From the NCBI GenBank assembly GCA_938031185.1, contig CALHGX010000002.1, forward strand, positions 16,010 through 80,009: a stretch of 64,000 nucleotides of DNA, given 5' to 3'. Source of the DNA: an uncultured bacterium. Its GTDB lineage: Bacteria; Verrucomicrobiota; Kiritimatiellia; CAIKKV01; CALHGX01. Every line of letters starts with the position of its first letter. Position 1 is the stretch's first letter. This document shows positions 1 to 8,638 of this stretch, piece by piece. The position numbers and the translations under genes were made by a program. The notes under the pieces are model-generated. The model was not told where the DNA came from. It made no database searches and saw only the letters and a list, made by a program, of their open reading frames with translations.

Positions 1-9
1 ATTCGATGC

Positions 10-38
10 TTACTTTATGCCTACCGCCGGGATAGTAT
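10..38 (+). promoter_or_regulatory. Candidate sigma70-type promoter for the small LTXXQ gene unit
   Basis: TTACTT (10-15), a 17-nt spacer, then TAGTAT (33-38). It sits about 40 nt upstream of the strong SD/ATG at 81. Confidence 0.35.
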
Positions 39-80
39 TTAGAAATCAGGGTGGAAGGTAGAACAAAGAAGGAGGAGGGA

Positions 81-194
81 ATGATGAAGATAGTTGCATT
101 GGGTTTGTTAGCCGCTTTGGCGGTGGGCTCGCTGTCGGCCGTGGCAGGCGAGAAATGTTGCGGCGAGAAGAAGGCGGCCATGGAAAAAAGGTGA
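81..194 (+). CDS. 37-aa signal-peptide ORF ending at an in-frame TGA; probable 5' part of the LTXXQ gene
   Basis: The ATG at 81 is preceded by GAAGGAGGAGGGA. The product is MMKIVALGLLAALAVGSLSAVAGEKCCGEKKAAMEKR, which looks like a Sec signal peptide. The stop TGA at 192-194 is in the same frame as ORF 210..437. Confidence 0.45.
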   Translation: MMKIVALGLLAALAVGSLSAVAGEKCCGEKKAAMEKR

Positions 195-209
195 TCCACG
201 GCCTGGTGC

Positions 210-437
210 GTGCGGAAAGTCACGAACCTCACCGCCGAGCAGAAGGCCGCCATCGAAGCCGCCCAGGCGGAATGCCTCAAGGGTGGGTGCACGAAGGAAT
301 GTACCGATAAGTGCTTAGAGGCCATCAAGAAGGTCCTGACGCCCGAGCAGCAGGAAGAACTGGCCGCGGCCTGCAAGGCCAAAGAGGCCAAGATGGAGGC
401 CAAGGCCGCCACCTGCGGGGCCGGAACCAAAGAATAA
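210..437 (+). CDS. Cys-rich LTXXQ-motif protein (Spy/CpxP/ZraP-like periplasmic family)
   Basis: ORF-track entry with a GTG start and no SD. It has two LTXXQ motifs (LTAEQ, LTPEQ) and a C-x5-C-x3-C-x3-C cluster. It has no signal peptide of its own. Confidence 0.55.
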   Translation: MRKVTNLTAEQKAAIEAAQAECLKGGCTKECTDKCLEAIKKVLTPEQQEELAAACKAKEAKMEAKAATCGAGTKE

Positions 438-468
438 GCGACAGGCTGAATAGCCTGCGAAAGCCGAA

Positions 469-499
469 AGCCCGGCGACGATGCGTTGCCGGGCTTTTT
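469..499 (+). terminator. Rho-independent terminator after the LTXXQ gene
   Basis: An 8-bp stem pairs AGCCCGGC (469-476) with GCCGGGCT (488-495), with an 11-nt loop and a T-run through 499. A second small hairpin (CAGGCT gaat AGCCTG) lies at 442-457. Confidence 0.7.
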
Positions 500-603
500 A
501 TCGCCGTGGATCTGACAGATCCGTCCGATTTGCCTGATCCTTCCGATCCGCCGCATTGCGCCAACCCGCGCCCTGTTTCCAAACGGTTGTCATTCCCCTC
601 TCA

Positions 604-1458
604 ATGCCGTATGTTCCCGCCATGACGCCCACGGAACCATTGCCATGGAAACTGGATCGGCCGATGGCCATCCTCGACATCGAGTCCACGGGCATCAACC
701 CGCGTCAGGATCGAATCGTTGAGCTGGCCATCATAAAACTGCACCCGGACGGACGCCGCGAAACCCGCGTCCAGCGCTTCAATCCGGAAATGCCCATCCC
801 CCCCGAAGTGGCGGCCATTCATGGCATCCGCGACGAAGACGTGGTTTCCTGCCCCACCTTCAAAGCTGTCGCCGCTGATTTGTTCCGGTTCCTGCACGGT
901 TGCGATCTCGCCGGCTACAACATCATCCGTTTCGACCTGCCCATGCTGATCGAGGAATTCGAGCGGGCCAGCCTGCATCTGAACCTGGACGGGGTCCGGG
1001 TGGTGGACGCCCAGCGCATCTTCCACAAACGCGAACCGCGCGACCTGAAGGCCGCGCTAGCCTTCTACTGCAACGAACTGCATCTGGGGGCGCACGGCGC
1101 CGAGGCGGACGCTCTGGCCACGCTTCGAGTCTTGGAAGGCCAAATGCAGCGATACTCTGACCTCCCTCGGGACGTGGAGGGACTGGATCGTTACTGCAGC
1201 CTGCGCGACAAGTCCTGGGCCGATCGGGAAGGGCGATTGAAGTGGGTCAACGGGGAAGTGACGATCAACTTCGGCCGCAAGAAAGGCGAATTCGTTCGGA
1301 CGCTGGCCAAGGAAGACCCCGGCTTTCTCAAGTGGATGTTGCGCGGCGATTTTCCCAGCGACACGAAGGACATGGTGCGGCAGATATTGGAGGGGCGCAC
1401 ACCCCACCCCATCAGCGCGGCGTTGAGCGATCAGCTTTCCGGCGCGGAGCCGGAGTGA
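604..1458 (+). CDS. DEDD-family 3'-5' exonuclease (DnaQ / Pol III epsilon-like) with a C-terminal extension
   Basis: Exo I motif AILDIESTGINP, plus IIRFDLPML and HGAEADA motifs. The listed ORF start at 556 is TTG. ATG candidates are at 604 and 622. Confidence 0.8.
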   Translation: MPYVPAMTPTEPLPWKLDRPMAILDIESTGINPRQDRIVELAIIKLHPDGRRETRVQRFNPEMPIPPEVAAIHGIRDEDVVSCPTFKAVAADLFRFLHGCDLAGYNIIRFDLPMLIEEFERASLHLNLDGVRVVDAQRIFHKREPRDLKAALAFYCNELHLGAHGAEADALATLRVLEGQMQRYSDLPRDVEGLDRYCSLRDKSWADREGRLKWVNGEVTINFGRKKGEFVRTLAKEDPGFLKWMLRGDFPSDTKDMVRQILEGRTPHPISAALSDQLSGAEPE

Positions 1459-2413
1459 CGGGGCGCTGTGGTGGTGCCGCCGGCTCGGCAAGCCGGTTCA
1501 AAACCCCAATCATCACCCGCCCCACCGTGAGCAGGCTTTCCGCGCTGAGTTTGTCCATGCGGTCCGCCGGCGTGTGCCAGTAGTCGTTGAGTCCCGGGCG
1601 CGAGCCATATTCGAAATCAATCAGCGCCAGAGCCGGGATGCCGCACCGCAGAAAAGGCTCGTGATCGTCCAGCAGCGTCCCGTCCATCAATCCAAAACGA
1701 TCCCGCACCCCCTCGTCCCGCGCTGCCTGAAACACCAAATGCGCCAGATTCGGCGACGTGTTCCGGGGAATCTTCACCGTCAAATCGCGGTCGCCAATCA
1801 TGTCCAGGATGAAAACCGCAGCCACGCCGCTGCTTTCCCCCGATTCTTTAAGGCGTCGCGCCAACCTTCGGCTGCCGTGCAAACCGTCCGTTTCGGAATA
1901 ACGCGCTGCCGCTTCTTCACCGTCAAAAAAAGCCATCCATATTTCCGGACCGGACCACGACGAAACCGCCAGCGCGCGGGCCAGTTCCAGCAGCGCCCCC
2001 ACACCGGATCCCGAATCGTTCGCCCCCTCAAAGTCATCCGCGATGCCCCCCTTGGTGTCGTAGTGCGCCCCGAGTATGATCAACCCAGGCCGTTCGCCGC
2101 TCAAAACTCCGATGACATTGCGGAAAATGTTCGAGCCGCCCGGCGCGACATCGAGGAATTCGTCCGTTTCGGCCCGCCACCCCAACGATTCCAGTCGCCC
2201 TTGAAGATAGGCCGCAGCCTGCCGGGCGCCCTCCGTTCCGGCCACTCGTGGAATGTGATTGGTGACGAAAGCCGCGGTTTCAGCCAGGGCGCGCGCGCCG
2301 TCAAATGCTTCGGGAGAAACCGGATGGAAACGCCGGGCTTCCGCGTCAGCCGCCGCCAGGCTCAGCAAAGCGACCGCAGCCGGCACACACGCCCTGAAGC
2401 CATCACAAATCAC
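1412..2413 (-). CDS. M28-family metallopeptidase (aminopeptidase / glutaminyl-cyclase-like), secreted
   Basis: Intact M28 motifs: GAHYDT, ANDSGSGVGALLELAR, FFDGEEA, LDMIGD. The N-terminus is hydrophobic and signal-like. The GTG start overlaps the parB stop. Confidence 0.85.
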   Translation of the reverse strand: MICDGFRACVPAAVALLSLAAADAEARRFHPVSPEAFDGARALAETAAFVTNHIPRVAGTEGARQAAAYLQGRLESLGWRAETDEFLDVAPGGSNIFRNVIGVLSGERPGLIILGAHYDTKGGIADDFEGANDSGSGVGALLELARALAVSSWSGPEIWMAFFDGEEAAARYSETDGLHGSRRLARRLKESGESSGVAAVFILDMIGDRDLTVKIPRNTSPNLAHLVFQAARDEGVRDRFGLMDGTLLDDHEPFLRCGIPALALIDFEYGSRPGLNDYWHTPADRMDKLSAESLLTVGRVMIGVLNRLAEPAAPPQRPVTPAPRRKADRSTPR

Positions 2414-3299
2414 CGCTCACGCCCAGCAATCCAAGCACCCGATCCAGGTCCTCGTTGGAATAGTAGTCAATCTGGATGGAGCCCTTGATCTTCTTGCCGT
2501 TGGCCAGCGTGCGGCAGGGTTCGACGCGCACGGCTGTGCCGAACCGCTGATGCAACGCCTCGGACAGACGGTTCAGATGATTGGCAGGAATGTCCGACCG
2601 CGACTCGCGGGGTTTGCGGGGTGCTCGCTTGATGCGGGCCACGATCCGCTCCAGTTCCCGCACTGACATGCCGTCCCGCACCGCCTGCTCCGCCAGCCGG
2701 CACTGTTCGGCCTCGATTTCCAAAGAGAGCAACGCCTTTGCATGGCCGGACGTGAGCAAGCCCTCGCTAAGAAACTGCCGAACGGACACCGGCAGATTCA
2801 AAAGCCGCAGGCTATTGGCCACCGAGGCGCGCGCCTTGCCCACCCGCCGGGCAATGTCCTCCTGCGTCAATCCGAACTTCTCGGCCAGGGCGCGGTAGCC
2901 TTCCGCTTCCTCGATCACGTTCAGGTCCTGGCGTTGCAGGTTCTCGACCAGCGCCAGTTCCAACGCCTCATGGTCAGTGGCCTCCATGAGAATCACCGGC
3001 ACTTCGCTGAGTCCCGCCTCCGCGGCAGCCCTAAAACGACGCTCGCCCGCAATCAGCTCATAGCCCTCGCCGACCCGACGAACGAGCAATGGTTGCAACA
3101 CCCCTCGCTCCCGTATGGAATCGGCCAGTTCCGCCAGCGCGTCTGCGGCGAACCGCCGCCGAGGCTGCCAGGGGCTCGGCCGAATACGCGCCAGCGGCAC
3201 GCGAACCACGCCGGCGGTGGTCTCCTTTGGCGACTCCGTTGGGGGTGTGTCCTGAATCAGCGCCCCCAAGCCTCGTCCCAGACCATGTTTCGCGCTCAC
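2403..3299 (-). CDS. parB: Chromosome partitioning protein ParB/Spo0J
   Basis: GLGRGLGALI, the box motifs IRPSPWQPRRRF and LIAGERRFRAA, and an HTH region. GTG start with a GGAAGG SD. Confidence 0.9.
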   Translation of the reverse strand: MSAKHGLGRGLGALIQDTPPTESPKETTAGVVRVPLARIRPSPWQPRRRFAADALAELADSIRERGVLQPLLVRRVGEGYELIAGERRFRAAAEAGLSEVPVILMEATDHEALELALVENLQRQDLNVIEEAEGYRALAEKFGLTQEDIARRVGKARASVANSLRLLNLPVSVRQFLSEGLLTSGHAKALLSLEIEAEQCRLAEQAVRDGMSVRELERIVARIKRAPRKPRESRSDIPANHLNRLSEALHQRFGTAVRVEPCRTLANGKKIKGSIQIDYYSNEDLDRVLGLLGVSGDL

Positions 3300-3328
3300 G
3301 ACGCGCCTTCCTTTTTCGTCGGGTTATC

Positions 3329-3802
3329 TCATTTGCGGCCGAACAGCGGGCTCGCCTTCATACGATCGTCACGCGTAATGGGTCGTGCCGCGCGCGCCGC
3401 GTCCAACTCTTCGCCACGCATGGCCTCATCCGCGTCCGCCGGGCCTTCGCCGAAACCGGTCTCGCCCGCGCCGACCGTATCGCCTGATCCGATCTCCGTC
3501 TTGCCGGTCAGCATGACGCCGTCTTCCACCACCAGACGCTTGGCGCGCAGGTCGCCCACCACTCGAGCGTTCGATTTCAATTCGATGCGCTCCCGCACAC
3601 TGATATTGCCTTGCACCTGGCCCAGGACCACCGCCGAATTGCCCGTGACATTCCCTTTGATCATGGCCGTCTTTTCGATGACCACGTCGCCCTGGGTGAC
3701 AAGGTCTCCCTGCAAGCGGCCTGCCATCTGAACGGACGCCGAGCACTTGATGGACCCGGTGATATCCACATCTTCCGTCAGCACGGTTTTCATTTCATCC
3801 AT
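3329..3802 (-). CDS. Bactofilin (polymer-forming cytoskeletal protein)
   Basis: Repetitive beta-helix pattern (ITGSIKCSASVQMAGRLQGDLVTQGDVVIEKTAMIKGNVTGNSAVVLGQVQGNI...). The ATG at 3802 is preceded by GGAGGAG. Confidence 0.85.
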   Translation of the reverse strand: MDEMKTVLTEDVDITGSIKCSASVQMAGRLQGDLVTQGDVVIEKTAMIKGNVTGNSAVVLGQVQGNISVRERIELKSNARVVGDLRAKRLVVEDGVMLTGKTEIGSGDTVGAGETGFGEGPADADEAMRGEELDAARAARPITRDDRMKASPLFGRK

Positions 3803-3857
3803 GGCCTCTCCTCCCTTTCGGTTTGTTTTGTCGAACTCCTTACGCCCCACCTCTTCG

Positions 3858-4916
3858 TCACGGATACTGGCCCGCCCGACGCAGACCGGCGGTTTCCGGC
3901 AATCCGAAAAGCAGATTCATGTTCTGCAGCGCAGAACCGGCCTGGCCCTTCACCAGATTGTCAATGTGGGAGACCACGCGCAGCTTGCGCGTGCGCTCAT
4001 CCACATCCACGATCAGGTTGCAGTAGTTCGTGCCCCGCACATGCATCGAACCGATGGCGGCCGACCGATCGAACAGCCGCACAAATGGCGAGTCGGCATA
4101 GAAGGCGCGGTACATCGCCAACACCTCGTCCGCGGCGATTGGTCGCGTCAGCTGTCCATAGAGACAGGAGAGGATGCCCCGACAAACAGGGACCACCTGC
4201 GCGGTGAACGTCACGCGCACTTCGGCGCCGGCAAGCAGCCCCAGTTCGCGCTCGATTTCGCAGACGTGCTGGTGCCCCGCCAGTTTGTAGGCGTTCATAT
4301 GGTCATAGCGGGCCGGATAGTGGAACCCCGGATTCGGCTTCTTGCCCGCGCCCGACACGCCGGTCTTGCAGTCGCAAATCACGCTCCAAGGCTCTACCAG
4401 ACCGTGCCGCATCGCCGGAGCCAACCCCAGAAGGCAGCTCACAGCAAAGCATCCGGGATTACCCACCAAACGCCGGCCGGGATGAATCTCGGCGCGATGG
4501 AGCTCGGGTAGTCCATACACCGTCTCCGGCAGGAGGTCCGGCGCGGCATGAACCGGGTCCCGTCCGATGCGGCGGGCATACTCGGCATAGCTTTCCGCGC
4601 TGTTGAATCGGAAATCGCCGCTGTAGTCCACCACCTTGACGCCGCGCTCCAAATAGGCGCGCGCCAATTTCATGCCCACGCCATCCGGCGTCGCCATGAA
4701 AACCACATCCGCCTCCTTCTGCGCCTCCGGATCCGACGGATCCAGCAGCGGCAGGTCGCAGAAACCGGCCAAATGAGGATAGAGACGGCTGATCGGCGTC
4801 CCAACGTCTGCGACATCCACCAGACAAGCGATTTCCGCCTGCGGATGCTCCAGCAGCAGCTCCACGATTCCGACGCCGCCATATCCGCCGGCGCCAATGA
4901 CTTTTGCTCTCACCAT
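3858..4916 (-). CDS. argC: N-acetyl-gamma-glutamyl-phosphate reductase
   Basis: The N-terminal VIGAGGYGG Rossmann motif and the active-site GNPGCFAVS motif. ATG at 4916; the upstream GTG at 4928 is an alternative. Confidence 0.9.
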   Translation of the reverse strand: MVRAKVIGAGGYGGVGIVELLLEHPQAEIACLVDVADVGTPISRLYPHLAGFCDLPLLDPSDPEAQKEADVVFMATPDGVGMKLARAYLERGVKVVDYSGDFRFNSAESYAEYARRIGRDPVHAAPDLLPETVYGLPELHRAEIHPGRRLVGNPGCFAVSCLLGLAPAMRHGLVEPWSVICDCKTGVSGAGKKPNPGFHYPARYDHMNAYKLAGHQHVCEIERELGLLAGAEVRVTFTAQVVPVCRGILSCLYGQLTRPIAADEVLAMYRAFYADSPFVRLFDRSAAIGSMHVRGTNYCNLIVDVDERTRKLRVVSHIDNLVKGQAGSALQNMNLLFGLPETAGLRRAGQYP

Positions 4917-4965
4917 GTGAAGGTCCACCCTTGAAAATGTGTTGGCGGAATATGCGCCCCGTCCT

Positions 4966-5718
4966 TCAGCGTGTCAAGCCGCGCCCATTCCATCCAGGCT
5001 CTGTGGCCGCGCGTTCCACCGTCCGCCGCCGTTTTTCCCGCCGATACTTCCGCAGCATTCGAATGAAACGAACCGTGTCCTTGGCCGGATGAATCTTGCT
5101 GCGCTCATCCCGGTAAATGGTCCGCACCGGCACCGAGGCCAATGGCACGCCGTTCTCGGCCAACTGCAGCAGAATCTCCGATTCCGAATCGTACCGGCAA
5201 GACATCGTCCCTTCCGGCGGCAACACGTCGCACCGATATAGTCGGTAACCGCACTGCGTGTCCGGCACACACTGCCCCATCTCCCGACTCAGCAGCCCGC
5301 TGAGAAACCGGTTGGTCCAGCGACGCGGCAGCGGCATCGTGCGCACATCGTCCATCCGGTTTCCGATCAGGACCGGCGCCCGCGCGCGGCCATACGCCTC
5401 GAGAAAACGCGGTAGGTCCGCCGGATCGTGCTGCCCGTCCGCATCCATCGTGATGACGAACTCAAACCCCTTTTCCCGAGCCCACTGAAAGCCGGTTTGC
5501 AGCGCAGCCCCCTTGCCCCGGTTGGTCGGATGCCGAATAACCTCTGCCCCCGCCGCCGCCGCGGCCTCCGCCGTCTCATCCGGCGACCCGTCGTCCACCA
5601 CCAGCACCCGCGGCACATGCGCCCGCGCGGCCCGCACCACTCCGCCCACCCGCTCGGCTTCCCGGAAGGCCGGTATCACCACACAGCCCTTCTGCGCCAC
5701 TTCACCAAGTTCGTTCAT
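4966..5718 (-). CDS. Family 2 glycosyltransferase (polyprenol-phosphate sugar transferase-like)
   Basis: VVIPAFRE...VVDDGSPDETA...NRGKGAAL...TMDADGQHDP (DxD). Its ATG overlaps the upstream stop (ATGA at 5715-5718). Confidence 0.85.
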   Translation of the reverse strand: MNELGEVAQKGCVVIPAFREAERVGGVVRAARAHVPRVLVVDDGSPDETAEAAAAAGAEVIRHPTNRGKGAALQTGFQWAREKGFEFVITMDADGQHDPADLPRFLEAYGRARAPVLIGNRMDDVRTMPLPRRWTNRFLSGLLSREMGQCVPDTQCGYRLYRCDVLPPEGTMSCRYDSESEILLQLAENGVPLASVPVRTIYRDERSKIHPAKDTVRFIRMLRKYRREKRRRTVERAATEPGWNGRGLTR

Positions 5719-6590
5719 CCGGCTTCCTTTCCCGTCGCGTTATTCCACAGCGGCTGAAAGACGAACCACTGACAAGGCTCGCGGCTGATTTCCTCCTCCA
5801 GCACGGATGCGATGGCCCGCTGGATGTCGTGCCGCGACTGGCCGTTCGGTCGGATCGGAGAATGGAAGCGGAGGCGAAACGTGTCGTTCTCCGTCCGCAG
5901 CATAAACCCCGGCACCACCGGGGCGCCGGTCTTCTCGCTCAGCCAGCTCGGTCCCCGGGGCAGCGCCGCCGGCGCACCGAACAAGTCTGACACTTCGTTG
6001 TGTCCGCTGAAATCGCGATCCGCTAGCAGGCCGACCATTTGATTCTGCGAAAGCAAACGCACGAGCGTTCGCGCCGCTCCGCCGAATGGCAGTATGTGCA
6101 GGCCGCGCTGCTGGCGGTGCCGCTGAAAGAACTCGTTCAGTTTCGCCGAGGGCATCGTCAGGGCCACAGCGTGCATCTCATAGCCCAGCCCTGCCAGCGC
6201 CGCGCCCCCCAGCTCCCAGTTGCCGAGATGCGCCGTCACCAATAAAACCCCCCGCCCCATTTGGCGGGCCTCCTCCAGATAATTCAGGTTTTCCACGGTC
6301 ACCAATTGTCGGATGTCCTGTTCGGTCAACCGCGAGAATCGGAAAAAATCCACCAGGTACCTCGCAAAATGCTGAAAAGTGCGGCGGGCCATCCGCTGCA
6401 GTTCCGCAGGCGAGACATCCTGCCCACGATAGGCCAGCACGTGGCGGAGGTTCGCCTCAACCGCCCGGCGGCCCTGGCGATCGAAGAAGTAGTAGCCGTC
6501 GGCCAACCGCAGGCTCAACCAGTAGGCAAACCGCCGCGAACCGGTGTTGCTCAAGAAGGCTGCCAGACGATAGGAAAGATAGTCGCTCAT
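5715..6590 (-). CDS. Lysophospholipid / lipid A-type acyltransferase (HtrB/LpxL-like LPLAT family)
   Basis: Family-typical layout with VTAHLGNWELGG. ATGA overlaps link it to lipA upstream and to the GT2 gene downstream. Confidence 0.8.
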   Translation of the reverse strand: MSDYLSYRLAAFLSNTGSRRFAYWLSLRLADGYYFFDRQGRRAVEANLRHVLAYRGQDVSPAELQRMARRTFQHFARYLVDFFRFSRLTEQDIRQLVTVENLNYLEEARQMGRGVLLVTAHLGNWELGGAALAGLGYEMHAVALTMPSAKLNEFFQRHRQQRGLHILPFGGAARTLVRLLSQNQMVGLLADRDFSGHNEVSDLFGAPAALPRGPSWLSEKTGAPVVPGFMLRTENDTFRLRFHSPIRPNGQSRHDIQRAIASVLEEEISREPCQWFVFQPLWNNATGKEAG

Positions 6591-7471
6591 GATCGCCGGC
6601 AGGCCTCAAAGAGTTCCCGCGCCTTGTAGGAAGACCGAACCAGCGGTCCGGCCGCCACAGCCCGGAAGCCCATCGCCCGGGCCCGCCGTTCATAATCCAG
6701 AAACTCTTCCGGCGGAATGTAACGGGCCAGAGGATGGTGCCGGGGCGATGGGGGGAGATACTGGCCGAGTGTCACCGCTTCACAGCCGACTTCGCGCAAA
6801 TGCCGCAGCGCCAGCTCCAACTCCGCATCCGTTTCGCCGAGGCCGCAGAGCAAGCCCGACTTCACGACCATCCCGCCGCGCTCGGTCGCCTGCTGCAAGA
6901 CTCTCAACGAACGGCCGTAGCCGGCTTGGGGGCGCACCAACGGTTGAAGTCGTTCCACTGTCTCCAGATTATGATTGAACACTTCCGGCAGGGCCGTCAG
7001 CACGGTATCCACGTCTCCGCCGCGACCACCAAAATCGGGCGTCAGCACTTCCACGCCAACACCGGTGTTTGCGCGCCGAACTTCACGAATGACGGCGGCA
7101 AACATCGCCGCGCCGCCATCCGGCAGGTCATCGCGGGTCACGCTGGTCACCACCACGTGGCGTAACCCCAGCGCAGCAGCGGCGGCGGCCACCTTTTCCG
7201 GCTCACCCGCATCCGGCGGTGGCGGCGTGCCGCCCGGCACCGCACAAAAAGCGCACCGGCGCGTGCACACATCCCCCAGGATCATGAACGTCGCCACCCC
7301 GCGGTGAAAGCACTCGGACCGGTTTGGACATGCCGCTCCGTCACACACCGTGTGCAGACGGCGGGCCGCCAGCGCCGCCGTCACTTCGGCGCCACGTCCA
7401 CCACACGGCATCCGCACACGTAGCCATGGCGGCTTGATGCGCGGCGCCGGTTCCATCACGGCTGTACTCAT
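6587..7471 (-). CDS. lipA: Lipoyl synthase
   Basis: HTVCDGAACPNRSECF and the radical SAM motif CTRRCAFCAV. Start taken at ATG 7471; the longer ORF start at 7588 would overlap the divergent gene. Confidence 0.9.
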   Translation of the reverse strand: MSTAVMEPAPRIKPPWLRVRMPCGGRGAEVTAALAARRLHTVCDGAACPNRSECFHRGVATFMILGDVCTRRCAFCAVPGGTPPPPDAGEPEKVAAAAAALGLRHVVVTSVTRDDLPDGGAAMFAAVIREVRRANTGVGVEVLTPDFGGRGGDVDTVLTALPEVFNHNLETVERLQPLVRPQAGYGRSLRVLQQATERGGMVVKSGLLCGLGETDAELELALRHLREVGCEAVTLGQYLPPSPRHHPLARYIPPEEFLDYERRARAMGFRAVAAGPLVRSSYKARELFEACRRS

Positions 7472-7499
7472 CGCGTCGAATTGTGGTATGCTACGCGAT

Positions 7500-8636
7500 A
7501 TGAGCAGGCTTGACAAACATCTTGTCTCGCGGCGCCGATTCCTCCGCCAGACGACGGTGGCGGCGGCGGGCTGCGTGCTAGCCCCCATGGCCCTCCCCCG
7601 GGAACGTCACGGCTTGTCAGAAGCCAACCTCATGGAAGCCCGGTTTTACGAACGGCTTCCCTCCAACATCGTCCGTTGCCGGCTCTGCCCTCGCGGGTGC
7701 GTCGTGCCACCGGGACGGCGCGGCTACTGCCGCGTCCGCGAGAACCGTGCGGGCCGTTACGTGGCGCTATCCTACGGCCGCCCCTGCGCCGCCAATGTGG
7801 ACCCCGTGGAAAAGAAGCCGTTCTTCCATGTATATCCCGGCACCACCTCCTATTCCATCGCCACCGTCGGCTGCAACATCCACTGCCGCTTCTGTCAAAA
7901 CTGGGACATCTCCCAAGCCGCGCCGGAGGACACCCCCGTCCCCTATCGCGCGCCGGCCGCCATCGCCGCGGCAGCCCGCTCCGCCAATTGCCGCACGATC
8001 TCCTACACGTACAGCGAGCCGACGGTGTTCTATGAATACATGGCCGACTGCGCCGCCGCCGGCAACGAACTGGGGCTCGCCAGTATCGTGGTCAGCAACG
8101 GATACATCACGGCCGAGGCGCACAAGGCGCTGCTGCCGCTGGTCAAAGCGGTGAAAACGGACCTCAAGGCCTTCACCGAGTCGTTCTACCGGGACATCTG
8201 CGACGGCACGCTGGCGCCGGTACTGGAAACCATCGAGCGCCTGGCGAAGTCCGGAGTCTGGCACGAAATCGTTGTGCTGCTGATTCCCACGCTCAACGAC
8301 AACCTCGACGACCTGCGCCGCATGAGCGACTGGATCGTCAAGAAGGCCGGACCGGATGTGCCGGTCCATTTCAGCCGCTACCATCCCACCTACCGGCTGC
8401 GCAATCTGCCGCCAACGCCGGCCGCCACGCTGCTGGCGGCGCGCGCGATCGCGATGGAGGCGGGGCTCCGTTACGTCTATATCGGCAACATCCCCGGCAG
8501 CGAGGGACAGGATACCATCTGCCCGTCCTGCAAGGGGACCGTCGTCAAGCGCTACGGGTACCGCATCCTCGAAAACCATTTGACCGAGGGATGTTGCCGT
8601 TTTTGCGGAACGGCCATTCCCGGCCTGTGGGCGTAG
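7500..8636 (+). CDS. AmmeMemoRadiSam-type radical SAM enzyme (PFL-activase-like) with an N-terminal twin-arginine signal
   Basis: VRCRLCPRGC, DPVEKKPFFH, GCNIHCRFCQNWDIS (CX3CX2C) and a C-terminal CPSC...CRFC. The N-terminus MSRLDKHLVSRRRFLRQTTVAAAGCVLAP matches the Tat SRRxFL consensus. Confidence 0.85.
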   Translation: MSRLDKHLVSRRRFLRQTTVAAAGCVLAPMALPRERHGLSEANLMEARFYERLPSNIVRCRLCPRGCVVPPGRRGYCRVRENRAGRYVALSYGRPCAANVDPVEKKPFFHVYPGTTSYSIATVGCNIHCRFCQNWDISQAAPEDTPVPYRAPAAIAAAARSANCRTISYTYSEPTVFYEYMADCAAAGNELGLASIVVSNGYITAEAHKALLPLVKAVKTDLKAFTESFYRDICDGTLAPVLETIERLAKSGVWHEIVVLLIPTLNDNLDDLRRMSDWIVKKAGPDVPVHFSRYHPTYRLRNLPPTPAATLLAARAIAMEAGLRYVYIGNIPGSEGQDTICPSCKGTVVKRYGYRILENHLTEGCCRFCGTAIPGLWA

Positions 8637-8638
8637 CC

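Noticed and set aside
556-603. Longer 5' extension of the exonuclease ORF
   Set aside because: The listed start is TTG with no SD, and the extension encodes non-conserved residues. The Exo I motif begins shortly after the ATG candidates at 604 and 622.
1488-1512. tRNA-like T-arm string (CCGGTTCAAAACCCC)
   Set aside because: The flanking bases do not pair into a T stem and there is no acceptor or anticodon arm. It lies inside the peptidase coding region.
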